IMG/VR virus record: IMGVR_UViG_3300021138_000028
Coordinates: 1 to 62,090 of that record
Direction: 5' to 3' (one strand)
Length of the DNA stretch: 62,090 nucleotides
From: a virus
Taxonomy: Duplodnaviria > Caudoviricetes
The translations under genes and the position numbers were made by a program. Of this stretch, positions 37,917 through 47,900 are shown in pieces (position 1 is the stretch's first letter; each line of letters begins with the position of its first letter). The notes under the pieces were generated by a model. The model was given only the letters and a program-made list of their open reading frames with translations, did no database searches and was not told the origin of the DNA.

Positions 37917-38807
37917 ATGATCGGATTTAAGGATGCTACGGTCAACAATACGATTACTACTCCATCGTATGTTGACATCAGTGATGGAACGTCGGCAACG
38001 AACGTAATCTCGCCGGGTACAACTCCTGCGGGTGTCAATGCACTTCTGACTGCTGGAACTTATTGGACTCCTACGGACTTTACGCCTACCGCATTAAACC
38101 AAAACCAGATTTACGATGTCGGAGCTTTCAAGAGTGTATCTCTTACTCAGATGACGTCGGGCACTACTGCGACTGTTGCGTTTCAAGTTTCCAATGATCC
38201 AACATTCTCTGTAAATGCTACCCTATTCTTGAATTTGACAACCACTACAATTGCCGGTGGATTTGTAAGTGGTTCTACCCAGTTTGCAAATACCCAAGGG
38301 CAAGCTTCCTTCTCAGGTTCCTTGCAGGGGTATAGGTACTTCCGATTGTACTGTACGGCGTATACTGCCCAGCCGACGTTCAAGATTTGTTTCTCGGCGA
38401 CTCCTGCCGCTGTGCCACCTGCGTTCAGAACTCCTACTCCCATAGCAGCGGACCCTTCTTCTTCTTACGGTGCCCTGACTTATATTGGCGCAGTATCCTC
38501 GGGATACAATGGTTGGGTGGGTGGAGTGTTAACCCAGATTAAAGCTACCGCAGGATTATTCTTTGGCGCGAAACTTTACAATCCAAACGCTTTTGTGGTC
38601 TATGTTGGAATCTTCAATGCCTCATCTATTACATACGGAACTACTGTTCCTTTGGAATGGATTGAGATCCCTGCTACCTCTTATGTTTCCTTTGACTCCC
38701 CTCTGGGAACTGGATTTAGCTCTGCCATGTACTACACCGTTAGTACTTCGCCAACAACGTTAACTGCTCCAGGAGCCGCTATTCAAGGCACAGCAAGGTA
38801 CATCTAA
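37917..38807 (+). CDS. tail fibre/spike-like structural protein
   Basis: beta-rich; IKATAG.FFG..LYNPNA..VYV.IFNA C-terminal module. Confidence 0.6.
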   Translation: MIGFKDATVNNTITTPSYVDISDGTSATNVISPGTTPAGVNALLTAGTYWTPTDFTPTALNQNQIYDVGAFKSVSLTQMTSGTTATVAFQVSNDPTFSVNATLFLNLTTTTIAGGFVSGSTQFANTQGQASFSGSLQGYRYFRLYCTAYTAQPTFKICFSATPAAVPPAFRTPTPIAADPSSSYGALTYIGAVSSGYNGWVGGVLTQIKATAGLFFGAKLYNPNAFVVYVGIFNASSITYGTTVPLEWIEIPATSYVSFDSPLGTGFSSAMYYTVSTSPTTLTAPGAAIQGTARYI

Positions 38808-39025
38808 TGCAACACTGCTACGTAGATTCAAACGGGACATACTTTCAACCTCAGGCACCTAATGGGGATATTACGTATGTATTATTTTGCCAATCCGACG
38901 GAGGAAGGGCAACTATGACTATGCTTACTTCAGGTGTTCCAGATCCTTCTTGGGCGATTGCCCCCGGGCTTACTGATGTAGGCGGGGGTGTATGGGTAAA
39001 CGGAAAGCTTGTCGATCCTAGCTGA
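38807..39025 (+). CDS. hypothetical protein
   Basis: TAATG coupling. Confidence 0.6.
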   Translation: MQHCYVDSNGTYFQPQAPNGDITYVLFCQSDGGRATMTMLTSGVPDPSWAIAPGLTDVGGGVWVNGKLVDPS

Positions 39026-39083
39026 CGTTCACTATTCGCAAATAGTAAATAGCCTCTTTCTCTTATTGAGTCAGGGGCCTTTC

Positions 39084-39353
39084 TTATTTACAGTCCCATT
39101 TCTTGAGAGACTTGTTGATTCTGCTATTTGGGTCTTTGGCTGTCTTCTCGCTGGTCAACTTTTCTTTCATGCCTTCCATACGAGAGCAGAAACTTTTCCT
39201 GCGTTCTGCGGCTTTAGGTGACTTCTCTGCTTCTTTCTTTGAGACGGGTGGTTTAAGGTTATGACCTTCTGCTTTGGCCGATGCTCGACCTTTAGCGTTC
39301 AGCCCACCTTTAGGGTTCTTACCTTCTTTTCGTTGCCATGCTGGACTACTCAT
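39084..39353 (-). CDS. DUF6321-like small basic phage protein
   Basis: PAWQRKEGKNPKGGLNAKGRAS...RRKSFC.RM.GMK...DPNSRINKSL.KWDC. Confidence 0.85.
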   Translation of the reverse strand: MSSPAWQRKEGKNPKGGLNAKGRASAKAEGHNLKPPVSKKEAEKSPKAAERRKSFCSRMEGMKEKLTSEKTAKDPNSRINKSLKKWDCK

Positions 39354-39411
39354 AAGTCTAGTTTACAACGGTTCTCTCCAATCATCAGAAACAGTCATAC
39401 AGATATACCGT

Positions 39412-39729
39412 TCAAAGAATCGTTTCCATAGTGTTTTTAGCTTGGTCATTTGGTTGATCCTCCACGATTTCAGTGTCTACGGTCTCAACAACCACCTTTG
39501 GGCGGCAGAGTAATACCTTGTAGCAAGAAGGATTTTTTGAGCACCTCATAAGATCGCTTATTTGAGAATAGCCTTGATTGAAATAATGCTCGTAAGCGTT
39601 ATAGATAGCTTCCGCTGGTCCGTATTTTGCTCGTATCACGTCTATCTCAGGGATCGCCACAATCACGTAATCGTTTTTGTCTCTTTGGATTGGCTGAATA
39701 GGGTTAAAGGTTGCTAGTAGATCGCTCAT
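39412..39729 (-). CDS. hypothetical protein
   Basis: ATGA overlap. Confidence 0.6.
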   Translation of the reverse strand: MSDLLATFNPIQPIQRDKNDYVIVAIPEIDVIRAKYGPAEAIYNAYEHYFNQGYSQISDLMRCSKNPSCYKVLLCRPKVVVETVDTEIVEDQPNDQAKNTMETIL

Positions 39730-40091
39730 TCCTTCACCCCAAACGTCTCTTTCCATTCGCAGAACAGATCTAGAATCGTAATGGGTTCTAAGTTATCAAC
39801 CTCAAGATTCATCACTTGAGATCGAAGCCAATAAATTTGCTCGCTATAAGTCAAACCCATAAACCCGTTGTCCTTATCCCAAGTCCGCATCTCATTCAAT
39901 GCCCATGCAGAGGCGTAGAGAATGGTTTCATCAAACTGTTTTAGGTGGTTGGTTAGGCTCCAATCATATTCTGAGTCATTTTCAATGTTGGTAAGAGAGA
40001 AGGACGCATACCAACCATCATCGACAACCGCGAAAGCAAACCTCTCCGGTGCCACATTACAAAGCCTTTCGGCTAGGTCTCTAGTTACCAT
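39726..40091 (-). CDS. hypothetical protein
   Basis: overlapping operon ORF. Confidence 0.65.
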   Translation of the reverse strand: MVTRDLAERLCNVAPERFAFAVVDDGWYASFSLTNIENDSEYDWSLTNHLKQFDETILYASAWALNEMRTWDKDNGFMGLTYSEQIYWLRSQVMNLEVDNLEPITILDLFCEWKETFGVKE

Positions 40092-40372
40092 CCTGCTATT
40101 ACCTCTGCTTGAATGCCGTTCTTTGCTAGCACGTCATAAACCATACGTCTTAGCATTTCATCCCCTTCTCTTACCTTGGCAATCACAACACTCCAATATG
40201 GTTGAGCGCCTTGCGGGTCCATTCTTAAAAATGGTTGGTGTAGTTCTACCGACACGGGTGGTCGTTGACTTGCATCAAAAGACACTTTCCATTGATTTGA
40301 ACCATCTCGCAAAATTTGATCCACGATCGTGTAAATGTGCTTGGCTTCTTTGGCTGGTTGTTCACCGTTCAT
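40085..40372 (-). CDS. hypothetical protein
   Basis: AGGAGG SD. Confidence 0.65.
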   Translation of the reverse strand: MNGEQPAKEAKHIYTIVDQILRDGSNQWKVSFDASQRPPVSVELHQPFLRMDPQGAQPYWSVVIAKVREGDEMLRRMVYDVLAKNGIQAEVIAGW

Positions 40373-40538
40373 TCAAATCCTCCTTTGTACGTTCCTGTTC
40401 CTTCTTGTCTTGTACCGTTCGATTCCCTTGGCAGTATTCGCATAATCCGTGGTTACGGCAATGGTGCGAAACAGCTTTCGCTTTACGGTATGGTTTCCGC
40501 TTCTCTTTACCGTGTTCGATTGCTTTATCTAGGCTCAT
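40362..40538 (-). CDS. conserved 58-aa phage protein, putative Zn-binding
   Basis: MSLDKAIEHGKEKRKPYRK...CRNHGLCEYCQGNR; GAGGT SD; below the ORF-track cutoff. Confidence 0.7.
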   Translation of the reverse strand: MSLDKAIEHGKEKRKPYRKAKAVSHHCRNHGLCEYCQGNRTVQDKKEQERTKEDLNER

Positions 40539-40542
40539 TCAC

Positions 40543-40779
40543 TTACACCTCGTAATCGAACGGCACGGTCACAACTTCAAAGTCATCACTCAACCAACCA
40601 TAAGGCTCTGATGGCATGGCCTGCTCGGTGCCACACGGCCAGCGTCGAATCTGCTTAGTCTCCTCTTCGGGTTCAACCACTTGGCAGTTCACGCCCCCGC
40701 AGGATTGGCACTGAGTGTGAGTAAGGGCGGTCATGGGTCCAACCCAAACCATTAAGCCGCCACAGTAAAAACAGGTCAT
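40543..40779 (-). CDS. Zn-ribbon protein
   Basis: CFYCGG...CQSCGG. Confidence 0.6.
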   Translation of the reverse strand: MTCFYCGGLMVWVGPMTALTHTQCQSCGGVNCQVVEPEEETKQIRRWPCGTEQAMPSEPYGWLSDDFEVVTVPFDYEV

Positions 40780-41066
40780 TTCTTGCCCCCTACAATGACT
40801 TCTGCGGGTTCGTTAAGTTGTTCTGCGACAATACACCCATCAGGATGTTTTACGCAGTCCTCAACGATTAGACGGGTCTGATGATCGACGTAGAAATAGA
40901 CTTTTCCTTTCTTGTTCAGTTGCCAAACTTCTCGACTTATGGCCCCTTCTGGATGATGGGTTTTGTAAGCATGAACATTGAAAACCCATACAGCACCCAT
41001 CATGCCAAGTCCAAATAGAAGCAAGGCGCAACAGGCATAGTAAAAAATTGAGGTGAATTTAATCAT
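40776..41066 (-). CDS. membrane protein
   Basis: N-terminal TM; ATGA overlaps. Confidence 0.65.
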   Translation of the reverse strand: MIKFTSIFYYACCALLLFGLGMMGAVWVFNVHAYKTHHPEGAISREVWQLNKKGKVYFYVDHQTRLIVEDCVKHPDGCIVAEQLNEPAEVIVGGKK

Positions 41067-41353
41067 TTCTCCCCTTCCTTTGGTTCAGTAAATGGGGGAG
41101 CGATGGCTTTTCTTAGTTGCTTAATTCGCTCAGGCCCACCGTTGGTATACGGATCAAGGCCCCAGTTGCAAAGATACGAGTGAGTTCGGTCGCAAAGTTC
41201 TTCTATTGACTCTCCCGGCTCCCATCCTTCACGGTGAGCTGAATTATAAAGGTCCACGATTAGCAAATGAGCCATGTTCAATTCATGGCGAAGATTGACC
41301 ACCTCTTTAACTAAGGAATCACAGTTAGGGCAGACGTTTTTCTCGGCTCTCAT
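41063..41353 (-). CDS. hypothetical protein
   Basis: ATGA overlaps. Confidence 0.65.
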   Translation of the reverse strand: MRAEKNVCPNCDSLVKEVVNLRHELNMAHLLIVDLYNSAHREGWEPGESIEELCDRTHSYLCNWGLDPYTNGGPERIKQLRKAIAPPFTEPKEGEK

Positions 41354-41532
41354 TTAGCACTCCCTTTAGCCCAAGAAACAGATGGATGGCCGTATTTGCT
41401 GTAGCACCCGGTAACCAGAATCCCAGCCACAAATGCAACCACGACGATAACAACGATTAGGAACATACAACCCTGAACTGCACCATCAAACATTCCAGGA
41501 CCGATACCTCCGCGAATTCTAAAACGCTTCAT
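41350..41532 (-). CDS. small membrane protein
   Basis: single TM; ATGA overlaps. Confidence 0.65.
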   Translation of the reverse strand: MKRFRIRGGIGPGMFDGAVQGCMFLIVVIVVVAFVAGILVTGCYSKYGHPSVSWAKGSAK

Positions 41533-41894
41533 TTCCCCTCCAATGCGTCTAAGGCACCTTTATCTGGTTTCAGAATCCCTTCCTCAATGGCGTAGGCTCG
41601 GCAAGCGTCGGTGCAACCGTTTAGCCACTGATTTACTAGGTCCGGTTGCCCATCGGTCACCAGGATGCAAAGCGGGCAATCTAGAATGCGTCCATTAAGT
41701 CCAGGGCTTTGAACCATGGCGGCGTTGATTCGCGACCAGCACCCCATTAGAGGATCAAAAATAGCGTCGTTGGTTTCGACCTCTTGCTTTATGTTTTGGA
41801 AAAGTTCTTGCCCTGATTTGGCCCCGAGTTCGTCAAGCCCTTTTGCTTTAAGCATCGCTTTCAAATCATCCCAATGTTCTTGGCACCAATTCAT
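41529..41894 (-). CDS. conserved hypothetical protein
   Basis: C..HW..L...GL...FDPLM...CPLC motif. Confidence 0.7.
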   Translation of the reverse strand: MNWCQEHWDDLKAMLKAKGLDELGAKSGQELFQNIKQEVETNDAIFDPLMGCWSRINAAMVQSPGLNGRILDCPLCILVTDGQPDLVNQWLNGCTDACRAYAIEEGILKPDKGALDALEGK

Positions 41895-42208
41895 TTCTTT
41901 ACCTCGTGTTGCTCTTTGACAACGTTTGCTAGGCGTTCCTTATATGCCTTAATCGCGCCCGGTATCTCTATTGTGTGTACGTGATGATGCTCAATCCTGA
42001 AGAGCAAGTCTTCGGCCATTGACCGGCGACGGTTGGCGAATCCTAATTCATCTTTAAGCCGTTGCACTTCTTCACGTAGAGAGGTGAGTTCGGCTGTCAG
42101 TTTGTCGTTTTCATCGCAAAGCCTTAGAACGTGGTCAATGCACTCGTCTTTGGTTCGATTGCGAAGATATTGCGGTGTGATTGTTGATCGGATTTCGATA
42201 ATGCTCAT
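41891..42208 (-). CDS. coiled-coil hypothetical protein
   Basis: ATGA overlaps. Confidence 0.65.
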   Translation of the reverse strand: MSIIEIRSTITPQYLRNRTKDECIDHVLRLCDENDKLTAELTSLREEVQRLKDELGFANRRRSMAEDLLFRIEHHHVHTIEIPGAIKAYKERLANVVKEQHEVKK

Positions 42209-42792
42209 TGCGCTATCACCTCAACAACTTTTGGAATAACGGCATAGCCTGTCTTTACTTTGATGATCGTGTCACCCTTGCGGAATGGCATCCAACCAAA
42301 CTGATCTGAACTAACTTTGCCGCCTGTCAAAGTGTTTGAATTCCATTGACAATGATCGCCTTTTGTGCCGATCCATTTCTGAATAATGGAGGAACTATCG
42401 CCTGTCCCGTCAAACGTAACACCATCGCTAGGTTCTTCATGCTTATCGGGGTTCTGCTCCCATAACGTTTGATTCGTCATGGCGCATTGGAGAAAACTAT
42501 TCAACCTGAATACATCGCAAGTAATGTCGGAGCCGTCAAGAAGTTCACGCAACTTGCCACCTGAAATACTGCCAGAGCAATATGCGGCGGCGAGCATAAA
42601 CCCTTCGATGAAGTACCCAGCATGGCCTGATCCTGACAGCCAATTCAGACCAAAGAAGTTCGTATCCTTCGTTACTGGAATTTCTACTTTCCAATCTCCA
42701 AAGTCAAACTCTCGGCAAATAAAGTTATGAGCATGGATAGCCCGTTCCAGTGCGCTAAAACTGCGCGGGTTCTTGTTAATGTCTAGCTTCAT
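42205..42792 (-). CDS. hypothetical protein
   Basis: 195 aa; coupled. Confidence 0.7.
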   Translation of the reverse strand: MKLDINKNPRSFSALERAIHAHNFICREFDFGDWKVEIPVTKDTNFFGLNWLSGSGHAGYFIEGFMLAAAYCSGSISGGKLRELLDGSDITCDVFRLNSFLQCAMTNQTLWEQNPDKHEEPSDGVTFDGTGDSSSIIQKWIGTKGDHCQWNSNTLTGGKVSSDQFGWMPFRKGDTIIKVKTGYAVIPKVVEVIAQ

Positions 42793-43304
42793 ACGTTGCC
42801 ATATTCCTTCGGAACCATGTCCGCATAAATTGATAATCCTTCATCGGTTGGCACGTATCCACCGATTCTTTCCCCGTCGCTGGTTTTAGAAATACCGTGG
42901 CCTTTTCGATAGGCAATTAGCCTTTTTTCAATCAACGATTGTTTAGCCTGTTTAGACATAAGGTCGCCAGCAAAAACTGGATAGCCATCGCAGATGTTTC
43001 TTAGTTGTTCGCATTCTAGTTTTGACAGTTCAACCATTGGTCTTTTTCTCCATGTATGTAATCCAGGCTCTATCTGCACTGGTGGTCTCTGGCATGACTG
43101 GACCGCCTTGGCTTTCTCGCACATGACGCAAAGGTTTGGCGAGTCAATCTGAATCTTTTCCCCGGACAAGATTGCCCCAGCTTCGAGCGGGTCCAAGTCA
43201 AACGGGTTGGTGGTCAAAACCGTGCTGGCGAATCGGTGCTTGTTGTAGATCGGCAGACGATGCCCACACTTGAACTCGATGTATGGTTGCGGGTGCAAGC
43301 TCAT
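42789..43304 (-). CDS. hypothetical protein (start MSLHPQ)
   Basis: GGAGGT SD; CGH...CVMC plus a winged-helix-like C-terminus. Confidence 0.65.
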   Translation of the reverse strand: MSLHPQPYIEFKCGHRLPIYNKHRFASTVLTTNPFDLDPLEAGAILSGEKIQIDSPNLCVMCEKAKAVQSCQRPPVQIEPGLHTWRKRPMVELSKLECEQLRNICDGYPVFAGDLMSKQAKQSLIEKRLIAYRKGHGISKTSDGERIGGYVPTDEGLSIYADMVPKEYGNV

Positions 43305-43702
43305 TTCGTGACCTCCGATGCTTGTTTCACGAGTCGGTACATTCCGCAATCGGCTGCCCGAACACTATGAACTCCATTCATAGGATCAGCGACGAGAAGT
43401 GTTCGATCTGGTGTCCATGACTGCCTCACTGTAAATAAGTGTCCGGTGCCTCCAATATGCTGAATAACGTCGTCTTTCTGTAATGCTTTGAATTCGATTC
43501 TGGTCAATGTTCTATCTCCTGTCTGTGTGTATTTCCCGCAATCCATGATTCGGAAAAAGTAAGCGCGGTTACCGTCAAGTGGTCTTGCTCTAAGCGCCCG
43601 TCGTGTATTCCAAACTCCAACAACTCGCCATACCCTTCCTCCACCTTTGGCTAAGACAAAGTGGGTACCTAATTTCATCTCTCTCCATTCAGTCTTGGTC
43701 AA
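43301..43702 (-). CDS. protein with two SH3/KOW-like internal repeats
   Basis: LTKTEW...DCGKY and LTRIEF...DCGMY; GGAGG-TTG start. Confidence 0.6.
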   Translation of the reverse strand: MTKTEWREMKLGTHFVLAKGGGRVWRVVGVWNTRRALRARPLDGNRAYFFRIMDCGKYTQTGDRTLTRIEFKALQKDDVIQHIGGTGHLFTVRQSWTPDRTLLVADPMNGVHSVRAADCGMYRLVKQASEVTK

Positions 43703-44186
43703 GTGATTGAACCCTCCCTTGTTTAAGCCAATCGGGATGGAACTTCCATTTCCCAACGGTGGTCGATAAGTATTCGTTGACTTCTCCATGATTTCGACAA
43801 CGGTTCAATGGGAGAAGCAATTCGTGATTCATATGAACCCAAGCGTCAAACTCTTCTGGATTGCATTGGAGAATATCAATACCTCCTTCCCTGGGACCAT
43901 AGAAGAGGCACTTCGCGGCTTGGATACAATGTCCTTCGTTGATATGCGAGAAAAGGAATGCTCGGGCCGATTCGACGGTCACTTTTGGCTTAGTCCGTTC
44001 TCGCTGATTCATCATCTCGATTACGCTTAGGTCTTCGCCTGGTCGCAACCATCCATCTCTCTTGACTCTTGCTGTGAGTTGCGAAGCGGCTAGCCCAAAC
44101 TCTTCCATGATTTGCATTCGCGGCTTATCTGTCTGGGTATAGGCTTTCTTGATCTTCGCCCAATTCAATTTTCTTCCGTTGCTCAT
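43689..44186 (-). CDS. HTH DNA-binding protein
   Basis: NWAKIKKAY...IMEEFGL....L..RVKRDGW. Confidence 0.6.
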   Translation of the reverse strand: MSNGRKLNWAKIKKAYTQTDKPRMQIMEEFGLAASQLTARVKRDGWLRPGEDLSVIEMMNQRERTKPKVTVESARAFLFSHINEGHCIQAAKCLFYGPREGGIDILQCNPEEFDAWVHMNHELLLPLNRCRNHGEVNEYLSTTVGKWKFHPDWLKQGRVQSLDQD

Positions 44187-44198
44187 GTTTCGTATTTC

Positions 44199-44927
44199 CT
44201 AAAAGCGTGTGTACTCGGGTGCGACAAACGTTGGGATGCCAGTTGCCTTCTCTACTTCTCGCTTGAACTTCTCAGCGTCAGCGTTTGCCGATGATAGATG
44301 GAGTAAGTGGATCTCGCGGCATGATCTCATATCATTCGCCTTGACCATTTCAATCACAGTATCAAGGCTCATGTGCGTCTCTAACGTTCGCTGGTATCTC
44401 GCTCGGTTTATCTCGTCGTTGAATGTTTTGTTCTTAATGATGTCCTTGTCATAGTTGCACTCAATAGCCAGAATGTCCATATCTGGGATCGTGTACTTCA
44501 CATACTGAGTGTCCGTGATATAGACAAGTCTTTCCCTACTCGAAGTGGAATCTATCACGAATCCAAAGGTGCCGTCTGAATCATGTTGAACCTCAAAAGG
44601 TGTGACAACCCAATTCGCTCCTACTGCGTGTGCATGATTGGCTTCGATGCAGGACACCCAAGGCGAGCTGTAGATGCCAAGTTGCTTCGCTGCTTCGTAG
44701 CTGGTGAAGATGGGTACGGTCTGTTTAATCATCTGTTGTACCGACTTAGCATGGTCACCATGACCATGTGATATTAGGCACCCATCCAGCGACGAGAGCG
44801 TAAATCCCGTCGCTTTCTGAATGTCTCCAAACTTGATTCCGCATTCGATCGCCAGTGAATCATCTCCATCTCGAACGACATAGAAGTTGCCACCAGAACC
44901 GGACGCGAACGCTTGGAAGTCGATCAT
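44199..44927 (-). CDS. MBL-fold metallo-hydrolase (putative exonuclease)
   Basis: ASGSGGN, SHGHGDH, VQHD, YITDT, IECNY, HMS, LLHLS. Confidence 0.9.
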   Translation of the reverse strand: MIDFQAFASGSGGNFYVVRDGDDSLAIECGIKFGDIQKATGFTLSSLDGCLISHGHGDHAKSVQQMIKQTVPIFTSYEAAKQLGIYSSPWVSCIEANHAHAVGANWVVTPFEVQHDSDGTFGFVIDSTSSRERLVYITDTQYVKYTIPDMDILAIECNYDKDIIKNKTFNDEINRARYQRTLETHMSLDTVIEMVKANDMRSCREIHLLHLSSANADAEKFKREVEKATGIPTFVAPEYTRF

Positions 44928-44928
44928 T

Positions 44929-45933
44929 TTAGAACTCTTCGCCTTCCTCTGCGTCACCAAATGGATCAGCTTTGACTTCTACTTCGGCCTCGACCTCGGG
45001 CTCCTGTCGTGGGTCTCCACCAGCCGCTTCCGTTGTCATTGGTTCAGATACCGGAACAGCATCCTTCTTCTTGCTTGCCTTCGTCTCCGCAGGAGCCTTG
45101 TCTGGGACTGGAAGTGCTTGCGTGTTAGCGTTGGTTGTGATCTCTTCCGTGACCTCTGCGTCGATAGAGTCAAGGTCTTGTCGCTTGATTGATTCGAGGA
45201 CAACCATATCAGCCGATGAGTTGATGATCGGCTTGCAGTATCGTCTGAGTACCGTTCGACAACAAGCGATGTCAGGCTGTTCGGTATGGAACGTACCTCC
45301 ATATTGAAGGGTCTTAGACTTCTTCCATGATGTCTTGATCTGGTCAATGTCCATCAGTTCGATGCCCCATTCCTCAACCTCACCAGTATCAGGATTGGTA
45401 TAAGTGCCACCAGCATAGGCGCCGATGATCTCTTTCGACTTGCGCGGGAAGTCGATACTGTGTTCGCCAACAACGGTAATCAACCCTCGCTTGGATCGAA
45501 CCTTTTGAGGCTTAAATGTCTCACCCTTGTAGATAACGTCGGCATAGATTTTGAGTCCCGGTACGGCTCGTTCGGCTACGGCAATATCGCCAAAGTAGGA
45601 TCGCTGACCTTGAAGTTGATTACCATAGACAATCGGATAGATTTGCTTCTTGGCTACGTTCAATCCCTGGACTGCCATGTCAAACAGGAAGTTCACAATG
45701 GACTCCTGAGTGACAATTCCGGTGGGTCTACCGTTGGGATCGAGGATTCTCTTCTTCTCCTTGTTCTCGACGGTCAGAAGGGCAATCTTGGCTGACGCCA
45801 TAGCGTTTGCCACGTTGTAGTCGGGCGGGAATGTAAGTCCTCGCTGATTGACTGCAAGGTCAATCTGATGTTGTACCATCGCAAATACTGTCGGTGGCTT
45901 TTGGTCGGTGTTCTTAGCTAGCTCGTTGCTCAT
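44929..45933 (-). CDS. recT: RecT-family single-strand annealing recombinase
   Basis: DMAVQGLNVAKKQIYPIVYGNQLQGQRSYFG. Confidence 0.85.
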   Translation of the reverse strand: MSNELAKNTDQKPPTVFAMVQHQIDLAVNQRGLTFPPDYNVANAMASAKIALLTVENKEKKRILDPNGRPTGIVTQESIVNFLFDMAVQGLNVAKKQIYPIVYGNQLQGQRSYFGDIAVAERAVPGLKIYADVIYKGETFKPQKVRSKRGLITVVGEHSIDFPRKSKEIIGAYAGGTYTNPDTGEVEEWGIELMDIDQIKTSWKKSKTLQYGGTFHTEQPDIACCRTVLRRYCKPIINSSADMVVLESIKRQDLDSIDAEVTEEITTNANTQALPVPDKAPAETKASKKKDAVPVSEPMTTEAAGGDPRQEPEVEAEVEVKADPFGDAEEGEEF

Positions 45934-47900
45934 TAAAATAGGGAGTCCTTGTTGCCTACGGCAACGGTCTTTGCCGATGGAACAAAACGCATGGTCTTGT
46001 CATTGGCACTAACGATAAGTCGAATTTGCTGTCCTCTCGTGGGTAGCAAGTCGGTTACGGATTCTGCTCCGTCTACAAAGATCGGAGGCGCGAACCCAAA
46101 ATGTTCTGAAAGGACGTTGATTACATCCAGTCCTGAGTTGATACAAGATGCGTGATTCAATCCTGCATCGTAGGCGACGTTGTTCACCATCGGAGTGCAA
46201 CATGGTTGGATACCACCATTTATATTCTCTTCAAATAGTCTGAACGTCGTGATCTTAAATCGTGAGTTGATTCGGTCAGTCAGAAGGTTACATTTCGTTC
46301 GGATAAACAGATCAATCAAGAATAGTTCCTTCTCAGCCTGCTCAAACTCCTTAGCGTATTCCTTCTGCTTGGTAGCCAATTCATCGACTCGGGCCTTTAC
46401 AGTAGCATTCCTGCTCTGCATGGCAACGTACTCTCTTGACTGCCTCAATAGTTCGTTGGCACGATTGATTTCTGCGTCAATGCTATCAAGCTCGCCTTGA
46501 ACCGATTCCTTAGCGGCAACGATTCGATTCTTCAAGTCTGCCTTCTCATTAGCAAGACTCACATACTCTGGATCAGATGTCGGGTCAGCTACAACATCAG
46601 ATGCGGCAGGGATGACAATGCTCTCGTAAGTAGCTTTTGTCTTTCCCAACATATCATTGAACTCGTCAAGTTCAACCAACTTAGCGGCTAGTTCCTCCTT
46701 CTTGGTATCCAGTTGCAGTCGAATCTGTTTCCCTTCGGAAATGATGTGCTCTCGGCTAGACGCCTTGATTGCATTCCATTCCTCTCGCTGGGATTCAATC
46801 TTGTCGGCAGATAATGGCTGATGACAAGCAAAGCAATTAGAATCGGGCGAGAACTCCTTTGCAGACAAAGTATCCAGTTCTGCTTTCTTTCCTGCTCGTC
46901 TTGTTTCGAGTCCTTGAATATCAACCTCAATCAAATGAGCCTGAGACTTAGTGCGTCCAATAGCTAATTCAAGTTCAGCAATTTCACGCTCAACATTGGC
47001 TTGCTTACGCAATGCTTCGTCTCTCGCAGGGTTACCTTGATTCAGGTATCGGTTCTTGATACTGATTTGCTTCCCTTCGATCTCCAAGACTTTGTTTTGA
47101 AGATCAGCAATAGCACCACCAGCATTCGCTTGCGCTCTTTTCTCTTGGAACGATGCAACTCGTGCTTCTCGCAATAGAACCTCGGCGGCATGATCCCCTG
47201 CTGGGATTTCCACGATAGAACGATTGGCTTCGTCAATCCGCAATGGAGTCGACTTCATCTCGTCGTTCAGTTCCTTGCGCCTTGCAATCAGAACGGTCTT
47301 GTGATCGTCGGGAGTACGACCATTCAATGCCTTTGCTAGTGGCTTGAGCCTTGGGTCCAAGTTCATAACATCGGAATCCAAGATGCTCGGTTCGGAGGCA
47401 AGTAGGATCTTGCGTCGATCCTGCCAAGGCAAAAGGGAGTTGAAGTACGTCGGATCAGTCAACGCACGAAATGTCTTTTCGTCGCAAAGTTCCTCGACTC
47501 GCTTCTTGTATTCAGTCGCGTTACATGGCACTCCGTCGACCCAATACGATGTCTCGTGTCCAGTAAATTCCTTTGACTCGCTACCACGCTTTTGCTCCCA
47601 TTTCTCGCGGTAAGTCCGCTTCAATGTGAGTGTCCTACTGTCAAGTTGAAACTCACCTTCAACCGTATGATCAATCATAGGAATAGGCTGTCCATCGGGT
47701 CCGTTCGTCTTGATTTGGAAGTCTGCTCGTTGCAAGGAATCCTTACCGAACAGCAACCACGAGAAAGCATCGGCCAACGTTGTCTTACCGACTCCGTTTG
47801 ACGCAAAGATGTCATAGTCCTGACCCAGCGGTTTGAATTCAAAGTCACGAACCGACTTGAAGTTAGTCAGTCTGAGAGAGATAAGATTGAGATTGGTCAT
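45933..47900 (-). CDS. SMC/Rad50-like ATPase (AAA_23)
   Basis: LTNFK, ASNGVGKTT, coiled coil with CFAC hook, PIFVDGAES. Confidence 0.9.
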   Translation of the reverse strand: MTNLNLISLRLTNFKSVRDFEFKPLGQDYDIFASNGVGKTTLADAFSWLLFGKDSLQRADFQIKTNGPDGQPIPMIDHTVEGEFQLDSRTLTLKRTYREKWEQKRGSESKEFTGHETSYWVDGVPCNATEYKKRVEELCDEKTFRALTDPTYFNSLLPWQDRRKILLASEPSILDSDVMNLDPRLKPLAKALNGRTPDDHKTVLIARRKELNDEMKSTPLRIDEANRSIVEIPAGDHAAEVLLREARVASFQEKRAQANAGGAIADLQNKVLEIEGKQISIKNRYLNQGNPARDEALRKQANVEREIAELELAIGRTKSQAHLIEVDIQGLETRRAGKKAELDTLSAKEFSPDSNCFACHQPLSADKIESQREEWNAIKASSREHIISEGKQIRLQLDTKKEELAAKLVELDEFNDMLGKTKATYESIVIPAASDVVADPTSDPEYVSLANEKADLKNRIVAAKESVQGELDSIDAEINRANELLRQSREYVAMQSRNATVKARVDELATKQKEYAKEFEQAEKELFLIDLFIRTKCNLLTDRINSRFKITTFRLFEENINGGIQPCCTPMVNNVAYDAGLNHASCINSGLDVINVLSEHFGFAPPIFVDGAESVTDLLPTRGQQIRLIVSANDKTMRFVPSAKTVAVGNKDSLF

